Assembly: GCA_963828735.1 (NCBI GenBank)
Contig: CAWHFW010000004.1
Location: forward strand, 64,001-128,000
DNA: 64,000 bases
Direction of reading: 5' to 3'
From: an uncultured Gemmatimonadales bacterium
GTDB taxonomy: Bacteria; Gemmatimonadota; Gemmatimonadetes; Gemmatimonadales; GWC2-71-9
A program made the position numbers and the translations under genes. The notes beneath the pieces are model-generated. The model was not told the DNA's origin, made no database searches, and worked only from the letters and a program-made list of their open reading frames with translations. Each line of letters opens with the position of its first letter. Position 1 is the stretch's first letter. Shown here piece by piece: positions 19,187-27,503 of this stretch.

Positions 19187-19675
19187 ATGCGCTACCTGGT
19201 GCTGGGATTGGCTGCCATCGGACTGTGGCGCTCGGTCGGCTCGAATCCCGGCCGGTCCGCGCCGGATGTCACTCCCCGAGCGGCACAGCTCGGCTGGCTG
19301 GCCGGCTGCTGGGAGCGACTGTCTGGGCCACGACTCGTCGAAGAACAGTGGACCCGGCCGCGCGGTGGGCTCATGCTGGGTGTCGGCCGGACGGTCCAGG
19401 GGGACTCGCTCGTGGAGTACGAGCAGGTGCGCGTGTTCGAGCGCGGGGGCAAGCTCGTCTACGCCGCCCAGCCGTCCGGACAAGCGCCGGCGGAGTTCAC
19501 GAGCACCGCGGTCTCCGACTCCTCGGTCGTCTTCGAGAACCTGGGCCACGATTTTCCCCAGCGGGTCATGTATCGGCGACTCGGCGCCGACTCGCTCCTC
19601 GCGCGAATCGAGGGCCTGCGGAATGGCCAGCTGCGCGGCGTGGACTTCCCGTACGTCCGCGTCGCGTGCCCGTGA
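19187..19675 (+). CDS. DUF6265-like secreted protein
   Basis: WLAGCW, EEQW, FEN..HDFPQR. Confidence 0.85.
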   Translation: MRYLVLGLAAIGLWRSVGSNPGRSAPDVTPRAAQLGWLAGCWERLSGPRLVEEQWTRPRGGLMLGVGRTVQGDSLVEYEQVRVFERGGKLVYAAQPSGQAPAEFTSTAVSDSSVVFENLGHDFPQRVMYRRLGADSLLARIEGLRNGQLRGVDFPYVRVACP

Positions 19676-19704
19676 CCCGGTCATTCTCACGGAAGGAGCT
19701 CCCG

Positions 19705-20088
19705 ATGACGCAGCCGCTGCCGACGCAGGTCGCGATCGACGTGCTCGGCCAGTTCGGGCGGGTCACCGACTACTGGTCGCCCAAGGTGGTCGCACAGGTC
19801 AACGATCAATACGTGAAGGTCGCCCGGCTGCTCGGCGAGATGGACTGGCACGCCCACGCCGGGGAGGATGAGCTCTTCTGGGTCCTGCGGGGCCGGCTGC
19901 GGCTCGAGTTCCGCGACCGGGTCACCGAGCTCTCGGCGGGCGAGTGCTGCGTGGTGCCGCGCGGCGTCGAGCACCATCCGGTCGCGGCGGAGGAGTGCTG
20001 GATCGTCCTCATCGAGACGGTGACGACACGCCACACCGGCGACCGGGTCACCGCGCAGACCCGCTCGATCGAAGAGCAGCTCGCCTAG
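19705..20088 (+). CDS. Cupin domain protein
   Basis: WSPKVV, WHAH..EDE, VPRGVEH. Confidence 0.9.
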   Translation: MTQPLPTQVAIDVLGQFGRVTDYWSPKVVAQVNDQYVKVARLLGEMDWHAHAGEDELFWVLRGRLRLEFRDRVTELSAGECCVVPRGVEHHPVAAEECWIVLIETVTTRHTGDRVTAQTRSIEEQLA

Positions 20089-20180
20089 GACGGAGGCCAG
20101 CCCGTGCGGACGGGGGGTGGTTCACGACGGTCTGGGTGCGGACGCCCGCGGGACGGCGTATGATCCACGATCACTCCTGA
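20089..20180 (+). pseudogene. 3' remnant of an NTF2/DUF4440 gene
   Basis: startless DGGQPVRTG / WFTTVWVRTPAGRRMIHDHS* with a frame break in a G6 run. Confidence 0.7.
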
Positions 20181-20196
20181 CGGAGGCCGATCGCCG

Positions 20197-20943
20197 GTGC
20201 TGCTCGAGGTCGCGGTGAACGGCGCTCGCGCGCCTGGCGAGCACCCGGCCCTGCCCATGACCCCCGACGCCCTCGCGGAGGCGATCCGCGCGGCGCGTGG
20301 CGCCGGGGCGGGGGCGGCACACCTGCATGTGCGCGGGGCCGACGGTCGCGAGAGCCTCGCCGGCCGCGACGTCGCCGCGACGCTCGAGAGCGTGCGCGCG
20401 GCCTGTGGCTCGCTCCCGCTCGGCGTCAGCACCGGCGCCTGGATCGTTCCGGACCCGGCCGAGCGCGTCGCGGCCGTGCGAGCATGGCGGACCCGGCCGG
20501 ACTTCGCCTCCGTCAACTTCGATGAGGCCGGCGCCGAGGACGTGGCGCGGGCCCTGCTGTCGGCCGGCGTCGGCGTCGAGGCGGGACTCTCCGGCGCGGC
20601 TGCGGCCCTGCGCCTCGTCGCCAGCGGCCTCGCGACGGGCTGCCTCCGCGTGCTGCTCGAGCCGCAGGAGTGCCGTCTCACCGCCGCCCGCGAGTGCGTC
20701 GCGGCCGCCGAAGCGGTGCTCGATGCCGTGGGGATCACGCTGCCACGACTCCTGCACGGCGTCGGACCGACGACCTGGCCCCTCTTCGCGGAGGCGGTGG
20801 CCCGCGGTTATGACGGGCGCATCGGCCTGGAGGATACGCTCAGCCTGCCCGATGGCCTCCCGGCGCGCGACAACGCCGATCTGGTGGCGGCCGCTCGCGC
20901 GCTTGCGGAACACTCCTCCGGTGGCGCGGCGGTTCGTCGGTGA
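20197..20943 (+). CDS. 3-keto-5-aminohexanoate cleavage enzyme (BKACE) family
   Basis: NGAR, HPALP, HLHVR, RIGLED. Confidence 0.9.
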   Translation: MLLEVAVNGARAPGEHPALPMTPDALAEAIRAARGAGAGAAHLHVRGADGRESLAGRDVAATLESVRAACGSLPLGVSTGAWIVPDPAERVAAVRAWRTRPDFASVNFDEAGAEDVARALLSAGVGVEAGLSGAAAALRLVASGLATGCLRVLLEPQECRLTAARECVAAAEAVLDAVGITLPRLLHGVGPTTWPLFAEAVARGYDGRIGLEDTLSLPDGLPARDNADLVAAARALAEHSSGGAAVRR

Positions 20944-21401
20944 CGGGACCGGCCTCGTGGCACGCGCTCCTCGCGCCGCTGCCACCGGAGGCGATGCCTC
21001 GGCGCAAGCCGGTGGGGACGACGGACGTGCTCGCCTCGCCCGAAGGCGCGGCGATAGCGGGCTGGGAACAGCTCTCCCTCGAGCTCACTGCGGGCGGCGC
21101 CGGACTCCGCGTCTTGCTCGTGGTGCTCGACGCGTCCGCGCGGCCGATCGCCGCCTCTGATCACGTGCTGTTCCGTACACCCGCCGGCGAGTCCTCCGGC
21201 GCGAGCTGGATTCGCCAGGAGAGTATCGGCGGCCGTCTGGAGGCCGACGGGTCGTTCAACGGCACCTGCTGGCTCGTGGCCGGCCCCGAGCCCGCCGATG
21301 ATGAGCCGCCTCAGTGGCAGAGCACCCCGCGATCGCCGACCGAGGCCGAGATCGGGGCGCTGCGCGAACTCGTCGCGGACCTCCTCGCGCGATCCCCATG
21401 A
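20940..21401 (+). CDS. Hypothetical protein
   Basis: GTGA-coupled ORF with ordinary composition. Confidence 0.65.
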   Translation: MTGPASWHALLAPLPPEAMPRRKPVGTTDVLASPEGAAIAGWEQLSLELTAGGAGLRVLLVVLDASARPIAASDHVLFRTPAGESSGASWIRQESIGGRLEADGSFNGTCWLVAGPEPADDEPPQWQSTPRSPTEAEIGALRELVADLLARSP

Positions 21402-21426
21402 TCTCCGCCATACTTCGTGAGACGGC

Positions 21427-21897
21427 ATGACCTCGCCCGAGCGCGCGCCGGTCCGGATCTATACCAAGCGGTTCATCGTCCCGCCCGAGGCGATGGACGG
21501 TCAGGGCCACGTCAACAACCTGGCCTACGTGGCCTGGATGCAGGACGTCGCGATCGAGCACTCCACAGCCGCCGGCTGGCCAATGGAGCGCTATCGGACC
21601 CTCGGCGCCGGCTGGGTGGTGCGATCGCATTTCGTGGAGTACCTGCGCCCGGTCGTGGCCGGGGAGCGGATGGCGATTCACACCTGGGTGCCCGAGTTCA
21701 CCCAGCGCTCGACGCCCCGCCGGTACTTCTTCGTCCGGGAGGACGATACGCAGCTCGTGGCGCGCGCCGAGACGCGCTGGGTATTCGTGGACCTGGGCAC
21801 CGGCCGGCGACGCCCGCTGCCCGACGAGCTGATCGCGGCCTTCGAGATCGTGCCCGACGAGGCGGAAGTGCGGCGGGGTGTGGGCCTCGAGTCTTAG
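21427..21897 (+). CDS. Acyl-CoA thioesterase (4HBT-like)
   Basis: D.QGHVNN.AY..W. Confidence 0.9.
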   Translation: MTSPERAPVRIYTKRFIVPPEAMDGQGHVNNLAYVAWMQDVAIEHSTAAGWPMERYRTLGAGWVVRSHFVEYLRPVVAGERMAIHTWVPEFTQRSTPRRYFFVREDDTQLVARAETRWVFVDLGTGRRRPLPDELIAAFEIVPDEAEVRRGVGLES

Positions 21898-22320
21898 ATG
21901 GTGGACGGGGGAAGCAGCATGGCTTTCACGATTACGAGCCTGCGCGGGACGACGATCCTGGTGGTGAGGAGCGAGGGCAAGGGTCACGTTGGCGAGAGCG
22001 AGCAGATCCTCGACGAGCTGCGTCGCCTCACCAGCCCGGAGGACGGCGCGGGCGTACTGTTTGACAACCGCGCCCTGGAGTATCTGCCGTCGCCCGCGGA
22101 GGCCCGGTACATCGGCGAGCGCTACGGCGATGTCGGCGCTGCCTGGGGCTGGCGGATGGCGCACCTGGCGCCTCCGGGCGCCCAGTTCGGCATCGCTCGT
22201 ACGGTCGAGATCGTCTCCGGACTTCGCGGCGCCTCCGCGCGCGTGTTCTCGGACGAGACCGAGGCCATCGCGTGGCTGCGCGAGGGCGAGCGGGGCGCGG
22301 CCGAGCGCAAGTCGTCGTAG
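21898..22320 (+). CDS. Hypothetical protein (SpoIIAA-like fold possible)
   Basis: LFDNR, FGIAR, F.DE.EA.AWL; start 21898 or 21919. Confidence 0.65.
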   Translation: MVDGGSSMAFTITSLRGTTILVVRSEGKGHVGESEQILDELRRLTSPEDGAGVLFDNRALEYLPSPAEARYIGERYGDVGAAWGWRMAHLAPPGAQFGIARTVEIVSGLRGASARVFSDETEAIAWLREGERGAAERKSS

Positions 22321-22322
22321 CG

Positions 22323-22934
22323 ATGGACCTCACCCCCCGGCCGATCGAGGGACCCACCGTCCGGCTCGAGCCCCTCGGCCTCGAGCATCTCGACGGCCTG
22401 TGCGACGTGGGTCTCGATCCGGACCTCTGGCGTCTCACCGTCACCCGAATCCACGATCGCGCCGGCATGGAGCGCTACGTCCATACGGCGCTCGAGGAGC
22501 AACAGGCCGGCACGGCGCTCCCGTTCGCCACCGTGCTGCGCGATACCGGCCGCGTCATCGGAAGCACCCGCTTCGGTAACCTGAGCCCGCCGAACCGGCG
22601 GGTCGAGATCGGCTGGACCTGGCTCGGGCGACCGTGGCAGCGCACCGGCGCCAACACCGAGGCGAAGTACCTCATGCTGCGGCATGCGTTCGAGCGGTGG
22701 AACTGCATCCGGGTGGAGTTCAAGACCAGCGCGTTGAACCTGCGCTCGCGAGCCGCCATCCTCAGGATCGGCGCGCGCGAGGAGGGAATCCTTCGGCACC
22801 ACCTGATCAACGAGGACGGCTCTCTTCGCGACTCCGTGTACTTCTCGATGCTCGCCGCGGAATGGCCCGCGGCCCGGCGCCGGCTTGAGCGGATGCTCGC
22901 GGACCACGGCGTGCAGGTCGTCGAGCCGGCGTGA
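22323..22934 (+). CDS. GNAT (RimJ/RimL-type) acetyltransferase
   Basis: [26 protein letters not shown]. Confidence 0.92.
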   Translation: MDLTPRPIEGPTVRLEPLGLEHLDGLCDVGLDPDLWRLTVTRIHDRAGMERYVHTALEEQQAGTALPFATVLRDTGRVIGSTRFGNLSPPNRRVEIGWTWLGRPWQRTGANTEAKYLMLRHAFERWNCIRVEFKTSALNLRSRAAILRIGAREEGILRHHLINEDGSLRDSVYFSMLAAEWPAARRRLERMLADHGVQVVEPA

Positions 22935-23521
22935 GGACGTTGCGCCGGGTCTGCGTCTTCTGCGGCTCCAACGTGGGCCGTGACCCGGGGTACCGGCGCC
23001 TGACCGAGAGCCTCGGGCGCACGCTAGCCAGGCGCGGCGTCGGGCTCGTCTTCGGTGGCGGCCGGGTCGGACTCATGGGCGCCCTGGCCGACGCGGCGCT
23101 CGCCGCCGGGGGAGAGGTCATCGGCGTTCTCCCGAAGGCGCTGATGGAGCGGGAGATCGGCCACCGCGGGCTGACCGAGCTCCGCATCGTGGGCTCCATG
23201 CACGAGCGCAAGGCCCTCATGGCCGACCTCGCCGACGGATTCGTCGCGCTCCCCGGCGGGATCGGCACGCTGGAGGAGCTGTTCGAGGTGTGGACCTGGG
23301 CCCAGCTCGGCCTGCACGCCAAGCCGTGCGGCCTGCTCGACACCGATGGGTTCTTCGCCCCGCTGGTCGGTTTCCTGGATCACCTCGTGAGCACGGGGTT
23401 CGTGCAGCCCGCGCACCGGACGATGCTGCTGACCGCCGGCTCTCCGGAAGCGCTGCTGGACGCCTTCGCCGTCTACGAGGCTCCGCTGGTGGCGAAATGG
23501 GTGAACCCCTCGCAGGCATGA
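22931..23521 (+). CDS. LOG family nucleotide phosphoribohydrolase
   Basis: [20 protein letters not shown]. Confidence 0.93.
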   Translation: MRTLRRVCVFCGSNVGRDPGYRRLTESLGRTLARRGVGLVFGGGRVGLMGALADAALAAGGEVIGVLPKALMEREIGHRGLTELRIVGSMHERKALMADLADGFVALPGGIGTLEELFEVWTWAQLGLHAKPCGLLDTDGFFAPLVGFLDHLVSTGFVQPAHRTMLLTAGSPEALLDAFAVYEAPLVAKWVNPSQA

Positions 23522-23548
23522 GGGACCGTGTTTGGGAGGAGCACCGCG

Positions 23549-23884
23549 ATGGATGAGAACATGACTTCGACCTCCTTCACGCTCGAGGGATACCGGATCG
23601 TCGAGTCGCTGGGCGTGGTGCGCGGCGTCACCGTCCGTTCGCGGTCGCTGTTCGGCGCCATCGGAGCCCGGATCGAGACGTTGGTCGGGGGCCATATCTC
23701 TATACTGACCACCCTGTGCGAACGGGCGCGGGCGGACGCGTTCGACATCCTGCTCGCCCACGCCCAGCGCCGCGGCGCGAACGCCGTGGTCGGTATCCGC
23801 TACGACGCCACCGAGATCATGGCCGGCGTCACCGAGGTGCTCTGCTACGGCACCGCCGTTGTCGTCGAGCCGCTCGAGTCGTAG
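23549..23884 (+). CDS. YbjQ family protein
   Basis: GVVRG, GANAVVG.RYD, YGTAV. Confidence 0.9.
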   Translation: MDENMTSTSFTLEGYRIVESLGVVRGVTVRSRSLFGAIGARIETLVGGHISILTTLCERARADAFDILLAHAQRRGANAVVGIRYDATEIMAGVTEVLCYGTAVVVEPLES

Positions 23885-23979
23885 TCTCGCCATCCCTTGC
23901 GCCATCCGCGCCGGCCCTCACATTTGGCGCGGCCCGGCAGCCTCTCCGCCACCTCTGAGCTCCAGGAGATAACCTCACT

Positions 23980-24501
23980 ATGTCCATTGGCATCCTCCTG
24001 CTCCTACGCCTCGTCCACATCGTTCTCGGCGTCTTCTGGGTGGGCGCTGTCGTGTTCATCGCGCTGCTCCTCATGCCCAGCGTCCGAGCGGCGGGCCCGG
24101 CGGGCGGCGCCGTGATGCAGCAGCTCATGCAGACCCGGCGGCTCTCGCTGTGGCTCATGGCCGCCGCCGTCCTCACGGTCCTCTCCGGCATCGGGCTCTA
24201 CTGGCACGACAGTGCGGGATTCACCTCGACGGCTTGGCTCGGCTCCAGGCAGGGACGAGTGTTCGGGCTCGGCGGGATCCTGGCCATCTCCGCGATGATC
24301 ATCGGCATGGCCGTGAACTCCCCCGCGGGCAGGAAGTTGGGCGAGCTGGGGGCGCAGGTGCAGGCGTCCGGACGGCCGCCGACGCCGGACCAGACGGCGG
24401 CGATCCAACGTCTCCAAGAGCGGCTCGGCCGCGCGACCGTGGTCGTGGCAGCACTGCTGGCGCTGGCGGCGGCCGCGATGGCGGTCGCGCGCTACGCGTG
24501 A
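23980..24501 (+). CDS. Membrane protein
   Basis: RLVHI..GVFWVG; four TM segments; GGAG RBS. Confidence 0.8.
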   Translation: MSIGILLLLRLVHIVLGVFWVGAVVFIALLLMPSVRAAGPAGGAVMQQLMQTRRLSLWLMAAAVLTVLSGIGLYWHDSAGFTSTAWLGSRQGRVFGLGGILAISAMIIGMAVNSPAGRKLGELGAQVQASGRPPTPDQTAAIQRLQERLGRATVVVAALLALAAAAMAVARYA

Positions 24502-24619
24502 CCGGGGCGGCGGCGCGCGCCGCGCGCTCCCTTGCCTCCTCCCACGCTCGCGGGCACCTTGCACCCCACGAGGGCTCCGGCTCACGGTCGAGGCGCTTCA
24601 CGCACCCTGAGGGCAGCAC

Positions 24620-25033
24620 ATGACGCACTTGCGCGAGATTCGCGCGCTGACGCTCGAGGCCGCCAAGGCCATGGCCGTCGCGGCGGAGCGATTCGCCGCC
24701 GAGCGCGGTTGGACGGTCGCGGTAGCCGTGGTGGACGCGGCCGGAGGGCTCATCCTGTTCCACTCCCTCGACGACACCCAGCCGGGGAGTCAGGACGTCG
24801 CCGTGCTCAAGGCGCGCACGGCCGCCCGGCTCCACCGCCCGACCAAGGCGCTCGAGGACGGCATCGCCGGAGGGCGCACCGCGCTGCTGACGCTGCCGGG
24901 CATCGTCGCCCTCGAAGGCGGGCTGCCGATCCGGGTCGATGGACGCGTCATCGGGGCCGTAGGCGTGAGCGGCATGGCGTCGGCCCAGGACGGCGAGGTG
25001 GCGGCGTCCGCGCTCGCCGCGCTCGAGCTGTAG
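24620..25033 (+). CDS. GlcG/HbpS heme-binding protein
   Basis: AVVD..G, KARTA, GGLPI, GAVGVSG..D. Confidence 0.92.
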   Translation: MTHLREIRALTLEAAKAMAVAAERFAAERGWTVAVAVVDAAGGLILFHSLDDTQPGSQDVAVLKARTAARLHRPTKALEDGIAGGRTALLTLPGIVALEGGLPIRVDGRVIGAVGVSGMASAQDGEVAASALAALEL

Positions 25034-25035
25034 AC

Positions 25036-25164
25036 GTGAGCCGGCTCGGCGGCCGTTCGTGGAGTGAATGGATCGCCCGGTACGGCCGAAGTCACGAGCA
25101 GCCGGTGAGCCGCCCTCTCGTGGGTTCGCCCTGGTGGATCGCCAAGGCTCGTGGGCGCGCCTGA
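25036..25164 (+). pseudogene. DUF962/Mpo1-like gene collapsed by in-frame internal deletion
   Basis: N-terminal LGGRSWSEWIARYGRSHEQPVSR joined directly to C-terminal LVGSPWWIAKARGRA*. Confidence 0.7.
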
Positions 25165-25636
25165 CACCATGGCCGCCCTGCTGAACGACGCCACGTACTT
25201 CCCGCACGTCATCGCCGTGCTGCTGGTCGGGATGTGGGCGCTGGCCCTGGTGACCAGGCCCGATGGCTTCTACCGACCCAGCTATCGCGGCTTGATCATC
25301 GTTCCGCTCGCGATCGCGCCCTACTTGAGCGCCGGACTGGGCCTGACCCTGCTCGCGCTGGGTCTCCTCGTCGTCTGCGCCAACCTCGACCACCGCTGGC
25401 TGAGCTGGGCGGCGGAGCGGCAGCGCCGCGCGAGCGATCCTACCGGCCGAGGCCCGATCGGTCGCGCGGCCGGCATCGCGTCCGGGCTGCTCTATTTGTT
25501 GGCTGGAATCGGGCTGATGACGCTGAGCGCCGAGGGAGCCTGGTCGTGGTGGATCGGGCTGGGCACCGCCGCGCACGGTGCGCTCATCGTGATCGCACGG
25601 ATTCGCGGCCTGCCGGATCTCGGCCCCTGGGGCTAG
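25151..25636 (+). CDS. Membrane protein
   Basis: multiple TM segments; start 25151 or 25169. Confidence 0.65.
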   Translation: MGAPDTMAALLNDATYFPHVIAVLLVGMWALALVTRPDGFYRPSYRGLIIVPLAIAPYLSAGLGLTLLALGLLVVCANLDHRWLSWAAERQRRASDPTGRGPIGRAAGIASGLLYLLAGIGLMTLSAEGAWSWWIGLGTAAHGALIVIARIRGLPDLGPWG

Positions 25637-25682
25637 CTAGGTCCGCCTCCGCTTGGCTCGAACCGTTGTCCGGAGATTCGAG

Positions 25683-27098
25683 ATGAGCCTCGAGAAGCGC
25701 CTGGTGGCGCTCGCGCTCCTCGCCTTCCTACCGCCGGCAATGCCCCACCAGACGGCGCTGGCTGCCGTGGACCGCTACGTTCGCGAGGAGATGCGCCGCG
25801 AGCGGGTGCCTGGCGTGTCAGTCGCCATCGTCCGTGATGGACGCCTCGTCCTCGCGCGCGGCTACGGCTTCGCGAACGTCGAGCTTCACGTCCCCGCGAC
25901 CGACAGCACGATCTACCAGTCCGGCTCGATCGGCAAGCAGTTCACCGCGGCGCTGATCCTGCGGCTCGCCGCCGAGGACCGGCTCGGGCTCGACGACCCC
26001 ATCCGGCGTCATCTGCCGGAAGGACCGCCGCGCTGGGACTCCATCACGGTTCGACAGCTCCTCACGCACACGTCCGGCATCCTCGATTACACCGACAGCG
26101 CGGTGAATCTCCGGCGCGAGTACACCGAGGATGAGCTGGTCAGGATCGCCGCCGGCCTGCCGGCGCTGTTCCGGCCTGGCGCGCGGTGGAGCTACAGCAA
26201 CACCAACTACCTGCTGCTCGGCGCCATCATCCACCGGGTGAGCGGGATGTTCTACGGTGACCTCCTCCGCCGCGACATCTTCGCTCCGCTCGGCATGCGA
26301 ACCGCCCGGGTCATCTCGGAGGCGGACATCGTCCCCAACCGGGCGGCCGGCTACGAGCTCCACGGCGATACGCTGCGAAACCAGGAGTGGGTCTCCCCGA
26401 GCCTCAATACCACGGCCGACGGCGCCCTCTACCTAACCGTGCGCGATCTCGCGCGCTGGGTCATGGGCTGGGACGCCGGCCGCGTCCTGAGCGCCGCCGA
26501 CCGCCGGTCGGCGTGGAGCCCGGCACGCCTCGAGGACGGCGGTACCTATCCCTACGGGTTCGGCTGGGAGCTTCAGGAGCTTCGAGCACAGCCTCGGATC
26601 GGGCACACCGGCGCGTGGCAGGGCTTCCGCGGGAGCATCCAGCGGTTTCCCAAGGCCAACCTCACCGTGATCGTCCTCGCCAATCTCACAGAGGCGCGGC
26701 CCGAGGCCATGTCGCTCGCGATCGCCGGCTTGCTCGAGCCTGCCCTCATTCCACCGCACCGGATCGCGGACCCACTGCCTGGCCCGAGGCCGCCCGTGCC
26801 GATCCAGGAGCTTCTCCGGCATGTCGCCGACGGCCGTGACTCGGCGTTGGTGACGCCCGGCTTGCACCGCTTCCTGAGCGATGCCGAACGCCACGGATGG
26901 GAGGAAACACTGGCTGGTGCGAGGCGGTGGACTCCAGTCGGCTGCGAGCGTGCCGGGGATCACCCGATCGCCCGCCTTGGCGCCGAGGTCGCCTGGCTCT
27001 GCTATGCCCGTGGGGAAGGGGCGCGGGGCGGCTCGGCGATAACCGCTCTGTACACCGACGACTGGCGCGCGGCGGACCTCGAGAGCTACTCCTACTGA
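25683..27098 (+). CDS. Serine hydrolase (beta-lactamase class C-like)
   Basis: SIGK, YSN, HTG motifs. Confidence 0.9.
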   Translation: MSLEKRLVALALLAFLPPAMPHQTALAAVDRYVREEMRRERVPGVSVAIVRDGRLVLARGYGFANVELHVPATDSTIYQSGSIGKQFTAALILRLAAEDRLGLDDPIRRHLPEGPPRWDSITVRQLLTHTSGILDYTDSAVNLRREYTEDELVRIAAGLPALFRPGARWSYSNTNYLLLGAIIHRVSGMFYGDLLRRDIFAPLGMRTARVISEADIVPNRAAGYELHGDTLRNQEWVSPSLNTTADGALYLTVRDLARWVMGWDAGRVLSAADRRSAWSPARLEDGGTYPYGFGWELQELRAQPRIGHTGAWQGFRGSIQRFPKANLTVIVLANLTEARPEAMSLAIAGLLEPALIPPHRIADPLPGPRPPVPIQELLRHVADGRDSALVTPGLHRFLSDAERHGWEETLAGARRWTPVGCERAGDHPIARLGAEVAWLCYARGEGARGGSAITALYTDDWRAADLESYSY

Positions 27099-27130
27099 GA
27101 CGAGCGGACGTAGCGCCGCACGGAGGCCAC

Positions 27131-27427
27131 GTGTTCCAGATCCTCTGGCAATTCGAGACGTCCGAGGAGCGGGCGGCCGCGTTCGTGGGCGCATACGGTG
27201 GCCAGGGGCTCTGGGTGGCGTTCTTTCGTCAGGCGTCCGGCTATCTCGGCACGGATCTGTTCCACCACGTGTCCATGCCACTCTGCTTTCTGACCCTCGA
27301 TCGCTGGGAGAGCCGCGCCGCGTACGAGGCGTTCCACCGCGAGCGCGGGCCGGAGTATTCGGCGCTGGACGCCGAGTGCCAGGAGCTCACTACCAGCGAG
27401 CGGTTCCTCGGGGCCTGGGAGGATTGA
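27131..27427 (+). CDS. ABM-like dimeric barrel protein
   Basis: F..AYG..G.W, GYLGT, TLDRWES. Confidence 0.8.
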   Translation: MFQILWQFETSEERAAAFVGAYGGQGLWVAFFRQASGYLGTDLFHHVSMPLCFLTLDRWESRAAYEAFHRERGPEYSALDAECQELTTSERFLGAWED

Positions 27428-27435
27428 AGGTCGGC

Positions 27436-27461
27436 GCAACCTTTTCGCGGGTCGTCTCGTC
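27436..27461 (+). promoter_or_regulatory. Putative ECF sigma promoter
   Basis: GCAAC-N17-CGTC upstream of the ADOP permease. Confidence 0.4.
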
Positions 27462-27503
27462 AAACCGGGGGTTACCCGCGACGCCCCAGCCACGAGCGAG
27501 ATC

